From contig OZ024741.1 in assembly GCA_964016885.1 (NCBI GenBank), forward strand, positions 363,692,001-363,756,000: a DNA stretch of 64,000 nucleotides, in the 5' to 3' direction. The notes beneath the pieces were generated by a model. That model was not told the DNA's origin. It was given only the letters and a program-made list of their open reading frames with translations, and searched no databases. Source of the stretch: Eledone cirrhosa. Taxonomy: Eukaryota. A program made the position numbers and the translations under genes. Position 1 is the stretch's first letter; every line of letters starts with the position of its first letter. Below, piece after piece: positions 48,650 to 62,699 of this stretch.

Positions 48650-51600
48650 TGTGGTGGTACCATAAATGTAGGCACCTTAAAAGGCCGCTCTAACGAGGTT
48701 GTAGAAATGCTTGAACGTAAGGAGGTTGATGTTTGCTGTATCCAAGAGACAAGGTGGAGGGGCGGGTCTGCTAGATTCATTGTGGGTAAAAAACGTTGCC
48801 ATAAGCTTTTCTGGGTGGGAAATGACAATAGGATAGGTGGGGTAGGAATCATGTTAGCAGAAAAATGGGTGGATAAGATAATAGATGTAAATAGAGTAAA
48901 TGACAGAATAATTAAAATAAGACTTGTTCTAAATAGAACTACTGTGACAGTAATATCGGCATACGCGCCCCAATCCGGACTGCCTGGCGCTATAAAAGAC
49001 ACTGATGCTCACTACCTCCCAAATAACCGACAGTGACTATATAATTATTGCTGGCGACCTAAATGGCCACGTTGGTCAACATTGTGACGGCTATGACGGA
49101 ATCCACGTAGGCTATGGGTTTGGTACTAGAAATGAGGAAGGCTCCAGAATCCTGGAATTCTGTGATGCAAATAACCTAACTATCTGTAACACTAACTTCA
49201 AAAAACGAGACAATCACTTGATCACCTACAGATCAGGGGAACATACCAGCCAGGTAGATTATATCCTTACCAGAAGACGTGACAGTGTGTCTGTTGTAAA
49301 CACTAAATCCCTCCCCTATGAAGAATGCACCTCCCAACATAGACTGATAATTAGCGACCTCATAGTCAGGACGAGACGTACTCGACAGCAGAAGAGGACT
49401 ATCCTCAGGAGAAAAAATATGGAAGCTAAAGGACCCCACAGCCAGAAATAAATTTAAAAGCATATTACTTGATGCTTTCGACAGTAAGGAAGAGCAATTA
49501 GAGTCGTACAATATAGAGGAACAGTGGCAATTCCTGAAAGCAAACCTGCTGATGGCGGCAGACGAAGTCTGTGGCTGGAGCAGGCCTGTAGGCAGGAGGA
49601 GAGTAACATGGTGGTGGATCAGTAAGGTAGAGGAGTCAATTAAGGCCAAAAAGCAGGCTTGGAAAGTATGGCGGGATGGGGGAAGTAGAGAAGACTATCA
49701 AGTGACCAGGAGGGAAGCTAGGAGACAAGTGTACTTCGCAAGAAGGGAAGCAGAGGAAAGAAAGTTCAAGCATGTTCTACAACGCGAGGACCAAAAACGT
49801 GAGGTGTTCAGGATTGTTAGGCAATGTGTCAAAGAAAACCGTGATATTGTCGGGGAGAAGTGTGTACTAAATGATGATGGCGTACTTGCCATCACTGACG
49901 CTGATAAGAAGGTAGCTTGGAAGTGTCACTATGAAAGGCTTCTAAATGAGGAGAATAAATGGGAGAAAGAAAGTCTCCCCCTCATCGACCCAATAGAGGG
50001 ACCAGCAGTGTTAGTAGAAGGTTGTATAATAAGTAAGGCAATCAAAGATATGAAGACGGGTAAGGCGGCTGGGCCTTCCGAAATAGTTGCTGAGATGCTG
50101 AAAGCCTCTGGAACGGTGGGACACACCATGGTCACCCGGATAGTAAACCAAGTCATACAGAATGGGGTTGTTCCGAAGGACTGGCGTAGCAGCATCATCA
50201 TTAACTGCTACAAGGGTAAAGGAGACGCCCTAGATAGGAGTAACTATAGAGGCATTAAATTAATCGACCAGGTCATGATGGTCACGGAAAAAGTAATAGC
50301 GCAACTAATCAGAGAGCGAATTGATCTAGATGTAATGCAGTTCGGGTTTGTGTCAGGCAAAAGTACCACAGACGCTCTTTTCATTGTACGACAACTACAG
50401 GAGAAGTACCTAGCTAAAAGTAAACCCCTATACTTAGCTATCGTCGACTTGGAGAAAGCCTTCGACAGAGTCCCCCGTTCCATTATCTGGTGGGCTCTTA
50501 GAAAACTAGGTGTTGATGAATGGCTTGTGAGAGCTATACAAGCCATGTATAAAGAAACAGTCAGCAAGGTTAGAATTAACAACGAATATAGTGAAGAGTT
50601 TAGCGTAAAAGTTGGTGTTCATCAGGGCTCTATTCTTAGCCCCCTACTATTTATTATTGCCCTTCAGACTATAACAGTGGAGTTCAAGACCCGCTGCCCA
50701 TGGGAACTCCTATACGCAGATGATCTAACGCTCATAGCTGAATCAATGGTCGAGCTAGAGAAGAAATTCCAAACATGGAAGCACGGCCTAGAATCAAAAG
50801 GCCTTAAAATTAACCTGGCTAAGACTAAAGTTCTAGTTTGTAGGAAAGAAAATAAGGCGCCGGTCCCTTCAGCGAAATGGCCATGCTCAGTGTGTAGGAA
50901 AGGCGTAGGTAGAAACTCCATTTTATGTCCCAAATGCAAAGTATGGGTGCATAAAAGATGTAGTGGGATCACAGGTAAGCTAACTAAGAACATAGATTTT
51001 ACATGTGGCCGATGCTCTGGTGCAATAAGTAGCAGCAAGTGCCCACCAAATACTAGCTCTTTCAATTGCGCAGAGGGTTCTATAGAAATAGTGGACAGCT
51101 TCCGTTACCTGTGTGACAAAATCAGCAGTGGGGGAGGGTGCTCTGAAAGTACAGTAGCTAGAGTCAGAACTGGATGGAAAAAGTTCAGAGAGCTTATACC
51201 ACTATTAGCCGCTAAAGGGTTCTCCCTATAAATGAAAGGCAGGCTGTATGATGCCTGCATACGAACAGCAATGTTGCATGGCAGTGAGACCTGGGCATTG
51301 TGTGCAGAGGATATACGCAGACTAGAGAGGCACGAAGCTTGCATGCTCCGCTGGATGTGTAATAGTAACATACGCGAACGGTAAAGCATAAACGAACTAA
51401 GGGAAAAATTAGAAATAAGAGGGATCAGATGTTGTTTACTCGAGAGAAGGCTACGTTGGTAGGGTCACGTGATGCGCATGAAAGACGACAGCTGTATAAA
51501 AAGTGCAGGGCAATAAAGATAGACGGTAGCTACGGAGTAGGCAGACGCAGAAAAACCTGGAACGACCTGATACACTCCGACCTCACATACTTACACCTCT

Positions 51601-52060
51601 CCAAGACAATGTCACTGGACCGAGATCTTTGGCGGCACTCAGTAATAGAGAAGACCCGCCTTACCTAAATACAAAGTAAAACCTACTACAGTCAGTAGGC
51701 ATCTCTAACAAAATACAGCCCCGTCTCACCACCCCGCCCATTCCACACCGCCCCTTTCAATGTAAAGTTATGTTGGTGCCACAACATCCAGGCCGAAACA
51801 AATGAGATCGTGTAGGTGTCACGACAAAAAAACACACAGTCCACGCTGTAATGTGGCCGTGTAGGAAACACGGTAAAAACCTCCCAGTCCCACACTGTAA
51901 ATGTGGTTGGTGTTAGGAAGGGCATCCAACTGTAGAAAACCCGCCAGACAGTCCTATGCGAGCAAGACAACCACTCTTGCCTCAAGTGGGAAAACTCCCG
52001 TCCAAACCCATGCAAGCGTGGAACATGGACGTTAAACGATGATGATGATGATGATGATGA
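48650..52060 (+). mobile_element. 5'-truncated, degraded RTE family A with 3' UTR and (GAT)n tail
   Basis: APE and RT (YRGIKL, QFGF, DLEKAFDRV, GVHQGS, LLYADD) split by frameshifts and stops. Confidence 0.92.
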
Positions 52061-52142
52061 TATGTATATATATATATGTGTATATATGTGTATATGTATA
52101 TATATATGTGTATATATATATATGTGTATATATATATATATG

Positions 52143-52197
<55 letters not shown>

Positions 52198-52200
52198 GTG

Positions 52201-52232
<32 letters not shown>

Positions 52233-52462
52233 TGTATGTATATATGTATATATACATATATGTATATATATATGTATATATATATATATGTATATATATA
52301 TATGTATATATATATATGTATATATATATATGTATATATATATATGTATATATATATATGTATGTATATATATATATATCTATGTATATATATATATGTA
52401 TGTATATATATATATGTATATATATGTATGTATATATATATATGTATGTGTGTATGTATATA

Positions 52463-52935
52463 TGTCCTATGGTCGGGTCGTTGGCGACTAAACTGGCAAC
52501 CATACCAAGGTTCCTTGGTGAGGAGGGTGACTTTGGACATCCTGCAGGACTAAAATCAAAACCTGTCAAAGGGCAAAGGAACTCTTAAGAGTCAATGGCC
52601 ATCCAAAATCACTGGGAGAGATGACCCCTTAGCCTTTGTCAAGGCAGAATTCTAGGAGAAGGAAAACTCTGATATAACACCTGCAACCCTGATGATATCC
52701 AATGATGTTGACTTGTTCTTCTTTTTGGTAAATATCATCTTAGTTAAGAGAGTGGGACTGGCTTTGTGCAGTGCCTTTGCTCACTATAAAAGCTTCACAG
52801 CACAGGCATTGCTTTATATCTGGAGATCTCTCTGCACTTGTCGTCACATGGTACCATGGGACCAGCACTATGTGTCAATCATTGGCACAAGTGTAGTGTT
52901 TGTACCAGAGTTGCCAACAAGTTGGCAGCCACCAT
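52463..52935 (+). mobile_element. ~610-bp retroposon copy, left-truncated with an internal deletion
   Basis: Matches ~11330..11775, then jumps to the ttggcagccacca end. Confidence 0.8.
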
Positions 52936-53884
<949 letters not shown>

Positions 53885-54532
53885 TAATATAATATAATAG
53901 ATAACAAAAAACGCTTATAGCATATGCATATCTTTACTTGCTAACATTGTTTCATCCGCACTATAAGTGGGACTCATCAGAGCATAAAGGTTAATTACAT
54001 ACCATACAAGCAATAACAAATCCAAGACATTGAAGAATGAAAGGTAATAATAGACGATAAAGGATAAGAATAAAAATAAAAGTAAAATAAAAATAAGGGG
54101 TGCTATCAGTCACAGTTGGGCGGGGTGCTGTCAGCATATAGTTACATACAAGCATACACATGGATAAGAGAACAGACAAGAGTAGACACATGGATAAGAG
54201 AACAGACAAGAGTAGATAAGATAATGGGATTAGGTAAGAGTAGGTAAAAAATAGGTAAAAAATAGGTGAAAAACAGACTTATAATATATATAAATAAGAA
54301 AATATAAAGAAATACAAAGAAATACATAACAAACTTACATATAAAATATAGGGTAAGGAATGAGATAAAATAATATAAAATTAAAATTAAAAATTATATA
54401 CATAGAACATAATATAATATAATCGTAAAATAAGATAAAATAAGGTAAACTAAAATCAAATAACATAGACTAAATTAAAATAATATAATATAAGATATAA
54501 TTAAATGTATAATTAAATGTAATTAAATGTAA

Positions 54533-54580
<48 letters not shown>

Positions 54581-57500
54581 AAAAAATTAAAATTTAAATT
54601 TAAATTTTAAAATTAAAATTTAAATTTAAATTTAAATAAATAAATAAATAAATAAATAAATGGAGTCAAGTAAGTAAATAAATAAAATTAGATAACATGA
54701 AACGAAATAAAATAAAATGAAATAAAGTAAATTGAGATAAGATATATATTTTTTTAGAATATATCTCTTGAATATATCAGGGGCCCACGAAGGCACTAAG
54801 TGTCACAGTTATGTGTATCACTTGACCAATTTTTTAAAATATATTTCTTGAAAACATCAGGGGCCCACGAAGGCACTAAGTGTCACAGTCACCAGTATCA
54901 CTTGACCATTGCAAGGCAATGGAGGCGTCCCAGGTTGGGCAGTCTCGAAAGTTCACTCGAAAGTCATGGGTGTGCATTCACACAGTTGAGCGGTGGGGTA
55001 ATCACAAACCGGTTCACACACGGGCAGGAGTCCAATGGTCAGAGAGAGGTGCATCGAAGGAGGTAGAAGAATTCACGTGCATTAGCAAGCGAGGCGCAGG
55101 CGGGTTAAAGCAAGCAGACACAGTTGTAGCGCATACAAAAGATATATAAAAAGACAGAAGATATATAAAAAATAGCTTCAAGAGCCATTAAGTCACCGCA
55201 TTGGGACATCACAAGATTGTACACATCAATATGTTCAGCACGTATATGCACGTATACACACCACATGCATATGCAGAGACGGTATACATATATATATATA
55301 TATATTTTTATATATACAGACACATATAACCACCTACACCCATACACATATAAATGTATACACGGACACACACGCACACACACACAGCGTAGGACACCCG
55401 GGTCAAAGCCGATATTAAACACCGAAATACCACATTAGACCAGACCCACCACCACAGGTAATACAATCAAAACAAATACATACGATGAGATGTAGTAAAA
55501 TAAAGTTGAAATCCTACGGAGATATTCATGTCCGCACGTGCCATTGCCCGATTCGAGTGTACACAGACCGTTAGTAACTACGGAGGGCTATCGGGGCCAA
55601 AACGTTACTTTCGGGATCATAAAAACGACCGTCAATATATGGAAGGCCGATCGTGCTAGAAAGACTACAACCCCGGGTAAGAGCTCCCAGAGGTCAGCCT
55701 GTAGATCTTGAACCACAGAATATGAGGGCAACACGTATATGCGCCACGTATCCACTGCTTACGGCGGGATGGCACGGGTCCGCCCACAGTTACAGGCTAA
55801 ATTTCTACTAGTGCAGCCTAAATCGCAGTACACGCTTTACATAAATACATTACATCACAACTCATGCGCATACAGAGGTACAGATCAACAAGATATACGT
55901 CAGGATAGGTCCACCAATGCACTAATGGTGGGTAGGCCAGCGTGGATGGGTTACATCCACTGTGCCAAACAGGGGTGCTTATTAACATACACTCCCCTGC
56001 ACACCCCAATATCAAGATCAATATCCACCCACAGGCATACGTATACATTCACCGACTCGTATACATAGACGACCAACAATAGGAGACAGTTACACACAGT
56101 CAGAGACAGTTACACAAGACAGCCCAACTGGAGGAATAAGGAAGTGCTAGCTAACAGGTTTAAAGTAGAAGAAAGAGCTTAATATTCGGTGGGGGCAAGA
56201 GGAAAAAATTTCAGACTTTCTATTTAGTAGAGGGCATTTAGCAAATATAATAGAGTGGGATTCGGCAAGGTACAGGTTACATACTCTACTATGAGGAGTA
56301 TATGGATGGGATTTAGCAACCTGCCGCCAAGTAAGTGTGTAAGGTGTTCGTGCATTTTTTAAATTATGGACGTACGCTGCCAAGGAGGTGGAGTTCCTCA
56401 GTTTATTATGTCTAAAAGTGCATTGATGAGAGTTAAATCTGGTCTTAAAGGGGGTGGAAGTTGATCCTATATAGGTCCTAGTGGACGCCGTAGTTACCAC
56501 ATCATACGCATAAACTATGTTTCTAACAAGGCAGAAACCATTCAGGGGGAAGCCTGAAGCCCTTCTACAGTTACAACCTCTGGTGATGCTATTCTCAGAA
56601 AGATCACCACCAGTGTTTCTGCCCACTCTATCCACTACCGTGTTTTCCCCTAGGCTTAGGTTGTCCAGGCCTTCCTTTATTTTCTTATTATTAGTAATGG
56701 CCAGATGAGAGGCCAGATTTTGGGTTGTAGAATACGAAAGTTTAACAACATTCTTATTGAGGATAGAGTGGTACCTATTACCAGGAGGGAAGTTCCGTTC
56801 TAGCACAGAGAAGAAGGCCCTAGGAATATTTATAGCCACTTCAGAATTAAAAGGGGGGTTGAAGTATGTATTCAATCTTCTTCTATTCTTTTTATTCTTT
56901 CTATTTCCATCAGTATTATTAGCATTATTATTTCTACGGTTCCTATGCTCACCTAGTCTATGCGGGGAGCTGCGAGGCCTACCATTGCTATTACTTAGAC
57001 TAATGGTGTCCTGCTGGTTCATTCCACCGGCATCTAGAAACCTCCCGTTCACGACACCTCTATTGTTATTACTTAGACTAATGGTGCCCTGCTGTTTCAT
57101 TCCACCGGCATTTAGAACCCTCCCATTCGCGACACCTCGATTACCAATGGACATATTATGTGTTATAACAACACTGGTAGAGCTACTATTAGGACCATTA
57201 TTTCCCTGGGTGTAATACAATTTGTCCCTAAAGCCGGATCTAGCTAAGGCGTCGTTATAGTAATCAGCCTGCGAGTCAAACGCCTCCTCACTATGTGAGA
57301 GTGAACTTATTCTGTTAGATACGCCCTTCAGTATACCGCTGATGACAGACCTAGGGTGGTTGGAGTTGGTATTCACGTAAGTCAGCAATTCATTGGGCTT
57401 ATGGTACGGTGTGTACGTATGGTTATCCAAGTCCAGTGTAACATCTAGGAAGTTCACAGTTCTATCATTTACATCCATAGTAATGGATAGGTTAAATGTT

Positions 57501-57613
57501 TTAAAAAAGCTATGCAGCTTTTTCCTAATGCGCACTATATTATACTTACTAGTATCTATGGAGAGTAGGGCGTCATCCCGGTACAACCCGCCCCTAAGGA
57601 AAGGGAAGTTACT
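53885..57613 (-). mobile_element. 5'-truncated Penelope/Poseidon-type PLE with a ~2.2-kb 3' region
   Basis: Open frame 56147..57613: [33 protein letters not shown]; HHR near the far end. Confidence 0.85.
53939..53984 (-). ncRNA. Type I hammerhead ribozyme
   Basis: tgct-CTGATGA-gtcccact(tat)agtgcggat-GAAA-caatg-TT-agca. Confidence 0.8.
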
Positions 57614-57616
57614 ATG

Positions 57617-57652
<36 letters not shown>

Positions 57653-57670
57653 AATATATATATATGTATG

Positions 57671-57717
<47 letters not shown>

Positions 57718-57982
57718 GTATGTATATATATATATATATGTGTATGTATATATATATGTATATATATATGCATGTATATATATATATGTATATATATATA
57801 TATGTATATATATACAATATGTTGAAAAGGTAACACACCAGAGAGAGATATACAGTGCGCTATCAATAAAACAGGGGAAAAACCACCAGTGTATGGAATC
57901 TATAATCTATGAAAGGCAGACTATAGACACGATAATTAAAAATATAAATTAAAGCGTAAGTAAATACCTCTATAACTATATA

Positions 57983-58062
57983 ACACACGTACAAATCCAA
58001 AGAGATGTTTCGCCAGTAATTTATTGACAGAAATGGAATAACCTCGGTTCATCAGCGTGTGT
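57983..58062 (-). ncRNA. Hammerhead (542-bp unit, inverted copy)
   Basis: Reverse complement of the 58314 motif. Confidence 0.68.
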
Positions 58063-58313
58063 AAGGCTATACATTTCAGACAACACTAAGAGAATTTTAA
58101 AAGTGACTGTCCAGCTACACGTGGGAGAGAGAAGTCACAGCGTGTTTAAGGGCAGTGAACTAGTGGCCTCTGAGGTACGAACTGCTAGAAAGGGCAGCCC
58201 AAAACCACTCAGAGAAGTGTGCTCAACCAAACATGCTGTGACTTCTCTCTCCCACGTGTAGCTGGACAGTCACTTTTAAAATTATCTTAGTGTTGTCTGA
58301 AATATAGAGACTT

Positions 58314-58393
58314 ACACACGCTGATGAACCGAGGTTATTCCATTTCTGTCAACAAATTACTGGCGAAACATCTCTTTGAATTTGTACGTGTGT
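58314..58393 (+). ncRNA. Hammerhead (542-bp unit)
   Basis: acacacg-CTGATGA-accgag...ctggc-GAAA-ca...tg-TA-cgtgtgt; 7-bp stem I; irregular stem II base. Confidence 0.68.
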
Positions 58394-58855
58394 TATATAG
58401 TTATAGAGGTATTTATTTACGCTTTAATTTATATTTTTAATTATCGTGTCTATAGTCTGCCTTTCATAGATTATAGATTCCATACACTGGTGGTTTTTTC
58501 CCTGTTTTATTGATAGCGCACTGTATATCTCTCTCTGGTGTGTTACCTTTTCAACATTTTGTACTTTAAAGAGCTCGGGATTTCTTCTCCTTTGAGCACA
58601 TTATTTACAGGGAATGGCGAGGGCCTATGGCTCCGTTAATTTATCGTGATATTTCGCTCCTTATAACAGTCTTTCCTATCTCTCTGTTTGGTTGAGCACA
58701 CTTCTCTGAGTGGTTTTGGGCTGCCCTTTCTAGCAGTTCGTCCCTCAGAGGCCACTGGTTCATTGCCCTTAAACACGCTGTGACTTCTCTCTCCCACATG
58801 TAGCCGGACAATCACTTTTCAAATTCTCTTAGTGTTGCCTGAAATGTATAGCCTT

Positions 58856-58935
58856 ACACACGCTGATGAACTGAGGTTATTCCTTTTCTGTCAACAAATT
58901 ACTGGCGAAACATCTCTTTGGATTTGTACGTGTGT
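58856..58935 (+). ncRNA. Hammerhead (542-bp unit, copy 2)
   Basis: Same motif 542 bp downstream. Confidence 0.65.
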
Positions 58936-59270
58936 TATATAGTTATAGAGGTATTTATTTATGCTTTAATTTATATTTTTAATTATCGTGTCTATAGTCT
59001 GCCTTTCATAGGTTATAGATTCCATACACTGGTGGTTTTTTCCCTGTTTTATTGATAGCGCACTGTATATCTCTCTCTGGTGTGTTACCTTTTCAACATT
59101 TTGTATTTTAAAGAGCTCAGACTTTCTTCTCCTTTGAGCATATTATTTACAGGGAATGGCGAGGGCCTATGGCTCCGTTAATTTTTCGTGATATGTATAT
59201 ATATATATGTATTTATATATATATATATATATGTATTTATATATATATATGTATTTATATATATATATGA

Positions 59271-59313
<43 letters not shown>

Positions 59314-59440
59314 GATAAATCTACCAAGAGTTTACGGTAGTGTCCAATCCGTATGAAGAACTCAATGTAATCCGGATATCATGGAAAGAAGAGATGCAAT
59401 GAAAAATCACTTTCGGTGAAAGATAAACGGAATACAGAGT

Positions 59441-59591
59441 CATTATTTCTGAAGACGGCATATATATGTGTTTGGTATGTATATTTAATTTTGATAGTTT
59501 GTATAATTTTGTATAATTTTGTACATAGATCTGTTGAATATGCATGCCAATTCTAACACATATATATCCTAGAAACGATCGTTAAATAATG
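59441..59591 (+). ncRNA. Hammerhead with ~115-nt stem II in a TA-flanked island (59311..59655)
   Basis: cattattt-CTGAAGA-[atatatatgtgtt/aacacatatatat helix]-GAAA-cgatcg-TT-aaataatg. Confidence 0.75.
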
Positions 59592-59647
59592 AACTTTTTT
59601 TGTTTAATATAAGGAACTGTTTCATTGTTTTATTCATTATTTTTTTA

Positions 59648-59694
<47 letters not shown>

Positions 59695-59783
59695 AAGGAA
59701 ATGTGGTAAGGAACCAGGTGGACCATAACGCACCAAAGTACTCAATACTTAGGGTAGTAGAGTGGGTAATAGGAACGAGTAGG

Positions 59784-59879
59784 ACTCCGACGGCTGAGCT
59801 CAAGCCGTTTCGACGGCTAATTCTGGACTAAATGAAAATTTTTATCCTGGTATTTGAATAGCCGAGCTTCTCAGGGGGT
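59784..59879 (-). ncRNA. Hammerhead-like motif (CUGAGAA core)
   Basis: Mirror of 61113..61208. Confidence 0.58.
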
Positions 59880-60464
59880 AATTCCATATATGGTAAAAGT
59901 GATTGTCACAAGAATTGGTCAAAAGTTTGTTGTTGAGACATAATAATTCTATCATGGCAATTTGTGGAGGGAAGGGGTAGCTGAACCTGCCAGTAGAAGA
60001 AAGAGGGAGAGGGGGTGGAAGAAACCCAATCGTGCGTTGATAGTGCCAAATCCAGCTGGGCAGGAGGTCAAAGAAGATACTAGGGGGGGGGGGAGTCGAA
60101 ACGATAAGTAAAACAATATGGGGTAAAAATATAGAAAAATAGCGGGAGTGTTAAAAAACAATTAAATGTAAAAAAAAAACAAAAAAAAAAACAATTTCTG
60201 GTTACTATAACCTAAGGACAGCTATCAAGTCTCTCACTGGTACTGCTGGACTAAAGAAAGGTTTACTAGGTGGGATGGAATTATAATGAGACCCTTTTAA
60301 GAGGTATAAGTAAACAACCGAATAAATCTTACGGTGACGGGTCACCAAGTGGGGGCCAACATACTAAAGAAACTACCACGAAACAATTATTCAGAGTCCC
60401 GAGACCAGTACGAAATAAAGGTTTCCACCCCAGGCACAAGGCCAGCAACCACCCGGTGCTAAAA

Positions 60465-60500
<36 letters not shown>

Positions 60501-61112
60501 TTAATACGAAATAATAATTCAGAATCCCGAGTGCCGCCACGATACAAAAAATCTAGTGCAAACTACATAAATGCTCGTACGAAGTATATGTAAAATTTGA
60601 TACGGAAAATTAATTCAAAATCCCCCCCCCCCACCTCCCCCTAAAAAAAAAAATACTGATATACGAGAAATTCAAGCAAAGATACCACTAAGAAATATAG
60701 AAAGCACGGAAAAGGGGCAGCCATCGGGTAAGAAGGCAAGTATCCGGGGTCTAACACATCTGCTATAAAAAGTGGAGTCGGCCAAATCTATCATAGAATA
60801 GGGGAAGGCGGTGGGGTTACATTTAATTGTTTTTTAACACTCCCGGTATTTTTCTTTATTTTTACCCCATATTGTTTTACTTATCGTTTCGACATCCTCC
60901 CCCTCCCCCTAGTATCTTCTTTGACCTCCTGCCCAGCTGGATTTGGCACTATCAACGCACGATTGGGTTTCTTCCACCCCCTCTCCCTCTTTCTTCTACT
61001 GGCAGGTTCAGCTACCCCTTCCCTCCACAAATTGCCATGATAGAATTATTATGTCTCAACAACAAACTTTTGACCAATCCTTGTGACAATCACTTTTACC
61101 ATATATGGAATT

Positions 61113-61208
61113 ACCCCCTGAGAAGCTCGGCTATTCAAATACCAGGATAAACATTTTCATTTAGTCCAGAATTAGCCGTCGAAACGGCTTGAGCTCAGCC
61201 GTCGGGGT
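61113..61208 (+). ncRNA. Hammerhead-like motif (CUGAGAA core)
   Basis: acccc-CTGAGAA-gctcggcta...tagccgtc-GAAA-cggct(tgagctc)agccg-TC-ggggt. Confidence 0.62.
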
Positions 61209-61218
61209 CCTACTCGTT

Positions 61219-61267
<49 letters not shown>

Positions 61268-61307
61268 TTATATATATATATATGTATGTATATATATATA
61301 TATGTAT

Positions 61308-61870
61308 ATAGTAAGTACAGTGAATTTTTTGAAATTTATTTTGGAACTTTTTCTTATTTGCTAAACCTTGATTATATATGTTCTGGCTCGTTAATTTATT
61401 AACCTGCCATTGAACCACATTGGCATATGGTTGGACAATACATGTGTCCCTATACGCTTTTTGCGTGTAGGGATATATACTTTATTATTATTATTCTCCT
61501 CTTGGTCGAGATAAAATTTGGTCGTTTTGACTGCTGCTATTTATAGTGGTAGTAGACTGACCCCCCCCCCCCTGCCTCTGCTTCTATCTTTACACACGTC
61601 ACTGGACAGAATTGCTTCCACATCATTCTTTCTCATCTCGGGAACAATTTTGAATAGCGCCAGTTCGTAATTTGAACTCGGGAATTTTATATTCTCCGAG
61701 TGAAAAGAACCTTCTAACGAGAGTTTATCTTTTCAATGGAAGCCCGCAAGGACTTTCCATTTATTTTTGAGACTCGAAACCGATTCGGTAAAGGTAACCA
61801 TAGTAAGTACAGTGAATTTTTTGAAATTTATTTTGAAACTTTTTCTTATTTGCTAAACCTTGATTATATA
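61308..61870 (+). mobile_element. Retrozyme-like 492-bp unit with ~70-bp terminal redundancy
   Basis: 61308..61378 repeats at 61800..61870; one HHR-like motif; no ORF. Confidence 0.75.
61709..61795 (+). ncRNA. Hammerhead with a G5A core substitution
   Basis: acctt-CTAACGA-gagt...actc-GAAA-ccg(att)cgg-TA-aaggt. Confidence 0.65.
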
Positions 61871-61880
61871 TATATGTATG

Positions 61881-61961
<81 letters not shown>

Positions 61962-61972
61962 ATATATATATG

Positions 61973-62005
<33 letters not shown>

Positions 62006-62148
62006 GTGTATATATATATATATGTGTATATATATATGTATATATATATGTGTGTATATATATATGTGTATATATATATGTAAATATATATGTGTGTGTA
62101 TATATATATATATATGTGTATATATGTATGTATATATATATGTGTGTG

Positions 62149-62179
<31 letters not shown>

Positions 62180-62274
62180 GTGTATATATATATATATGTG
62201 TATAAATATATATATGTGTATATATATATATGTGTATATATATATGTGTATATATATGTATATATATATATATG

Positions 62275-62384
<110 letters not shown>

Positions 62385-62391
62385 GTATATG

Positions 62392-62422
<31 letters not shown>

Positions 62423-62488
62423 GTATATGTATATATATGTATATATATATATGTGTATATATATGTGTATATATATATGTATATATAT

Positions 62489-62524
<36 letters not shown>

Positions 62525-62699
62525 GTATATATATATATATATATGTATGTATATATATATGTATGTATATATGTGTATGTATATATATAGATATGTATGT
62601 ATGTATATATATGTATGTATGTATATATGTATGAATATATGTATGTATATATGTATGTATATATGTATGTATATATGTATGTATATATATATGTATGTA

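Larger units (their letters stand above)
57819..59194. mobile_element. Retrozyme-like 542-bp unit: 0.76 inverted + 1.8 direct copies
   Basis: 58229..58770 repeats at 58771..59194; 57819..58233 is inverted; one HHR per unit; no ORF. Confidence 0.82.
59691..61222. mobile_element. Non-coding PLE-type fold-back element
   Basis: ~400-bp arms 59770..60169 / 60817..61222 around a ~650-bp spacer; HHR-like motif in each arm. Confidence 0.8.
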
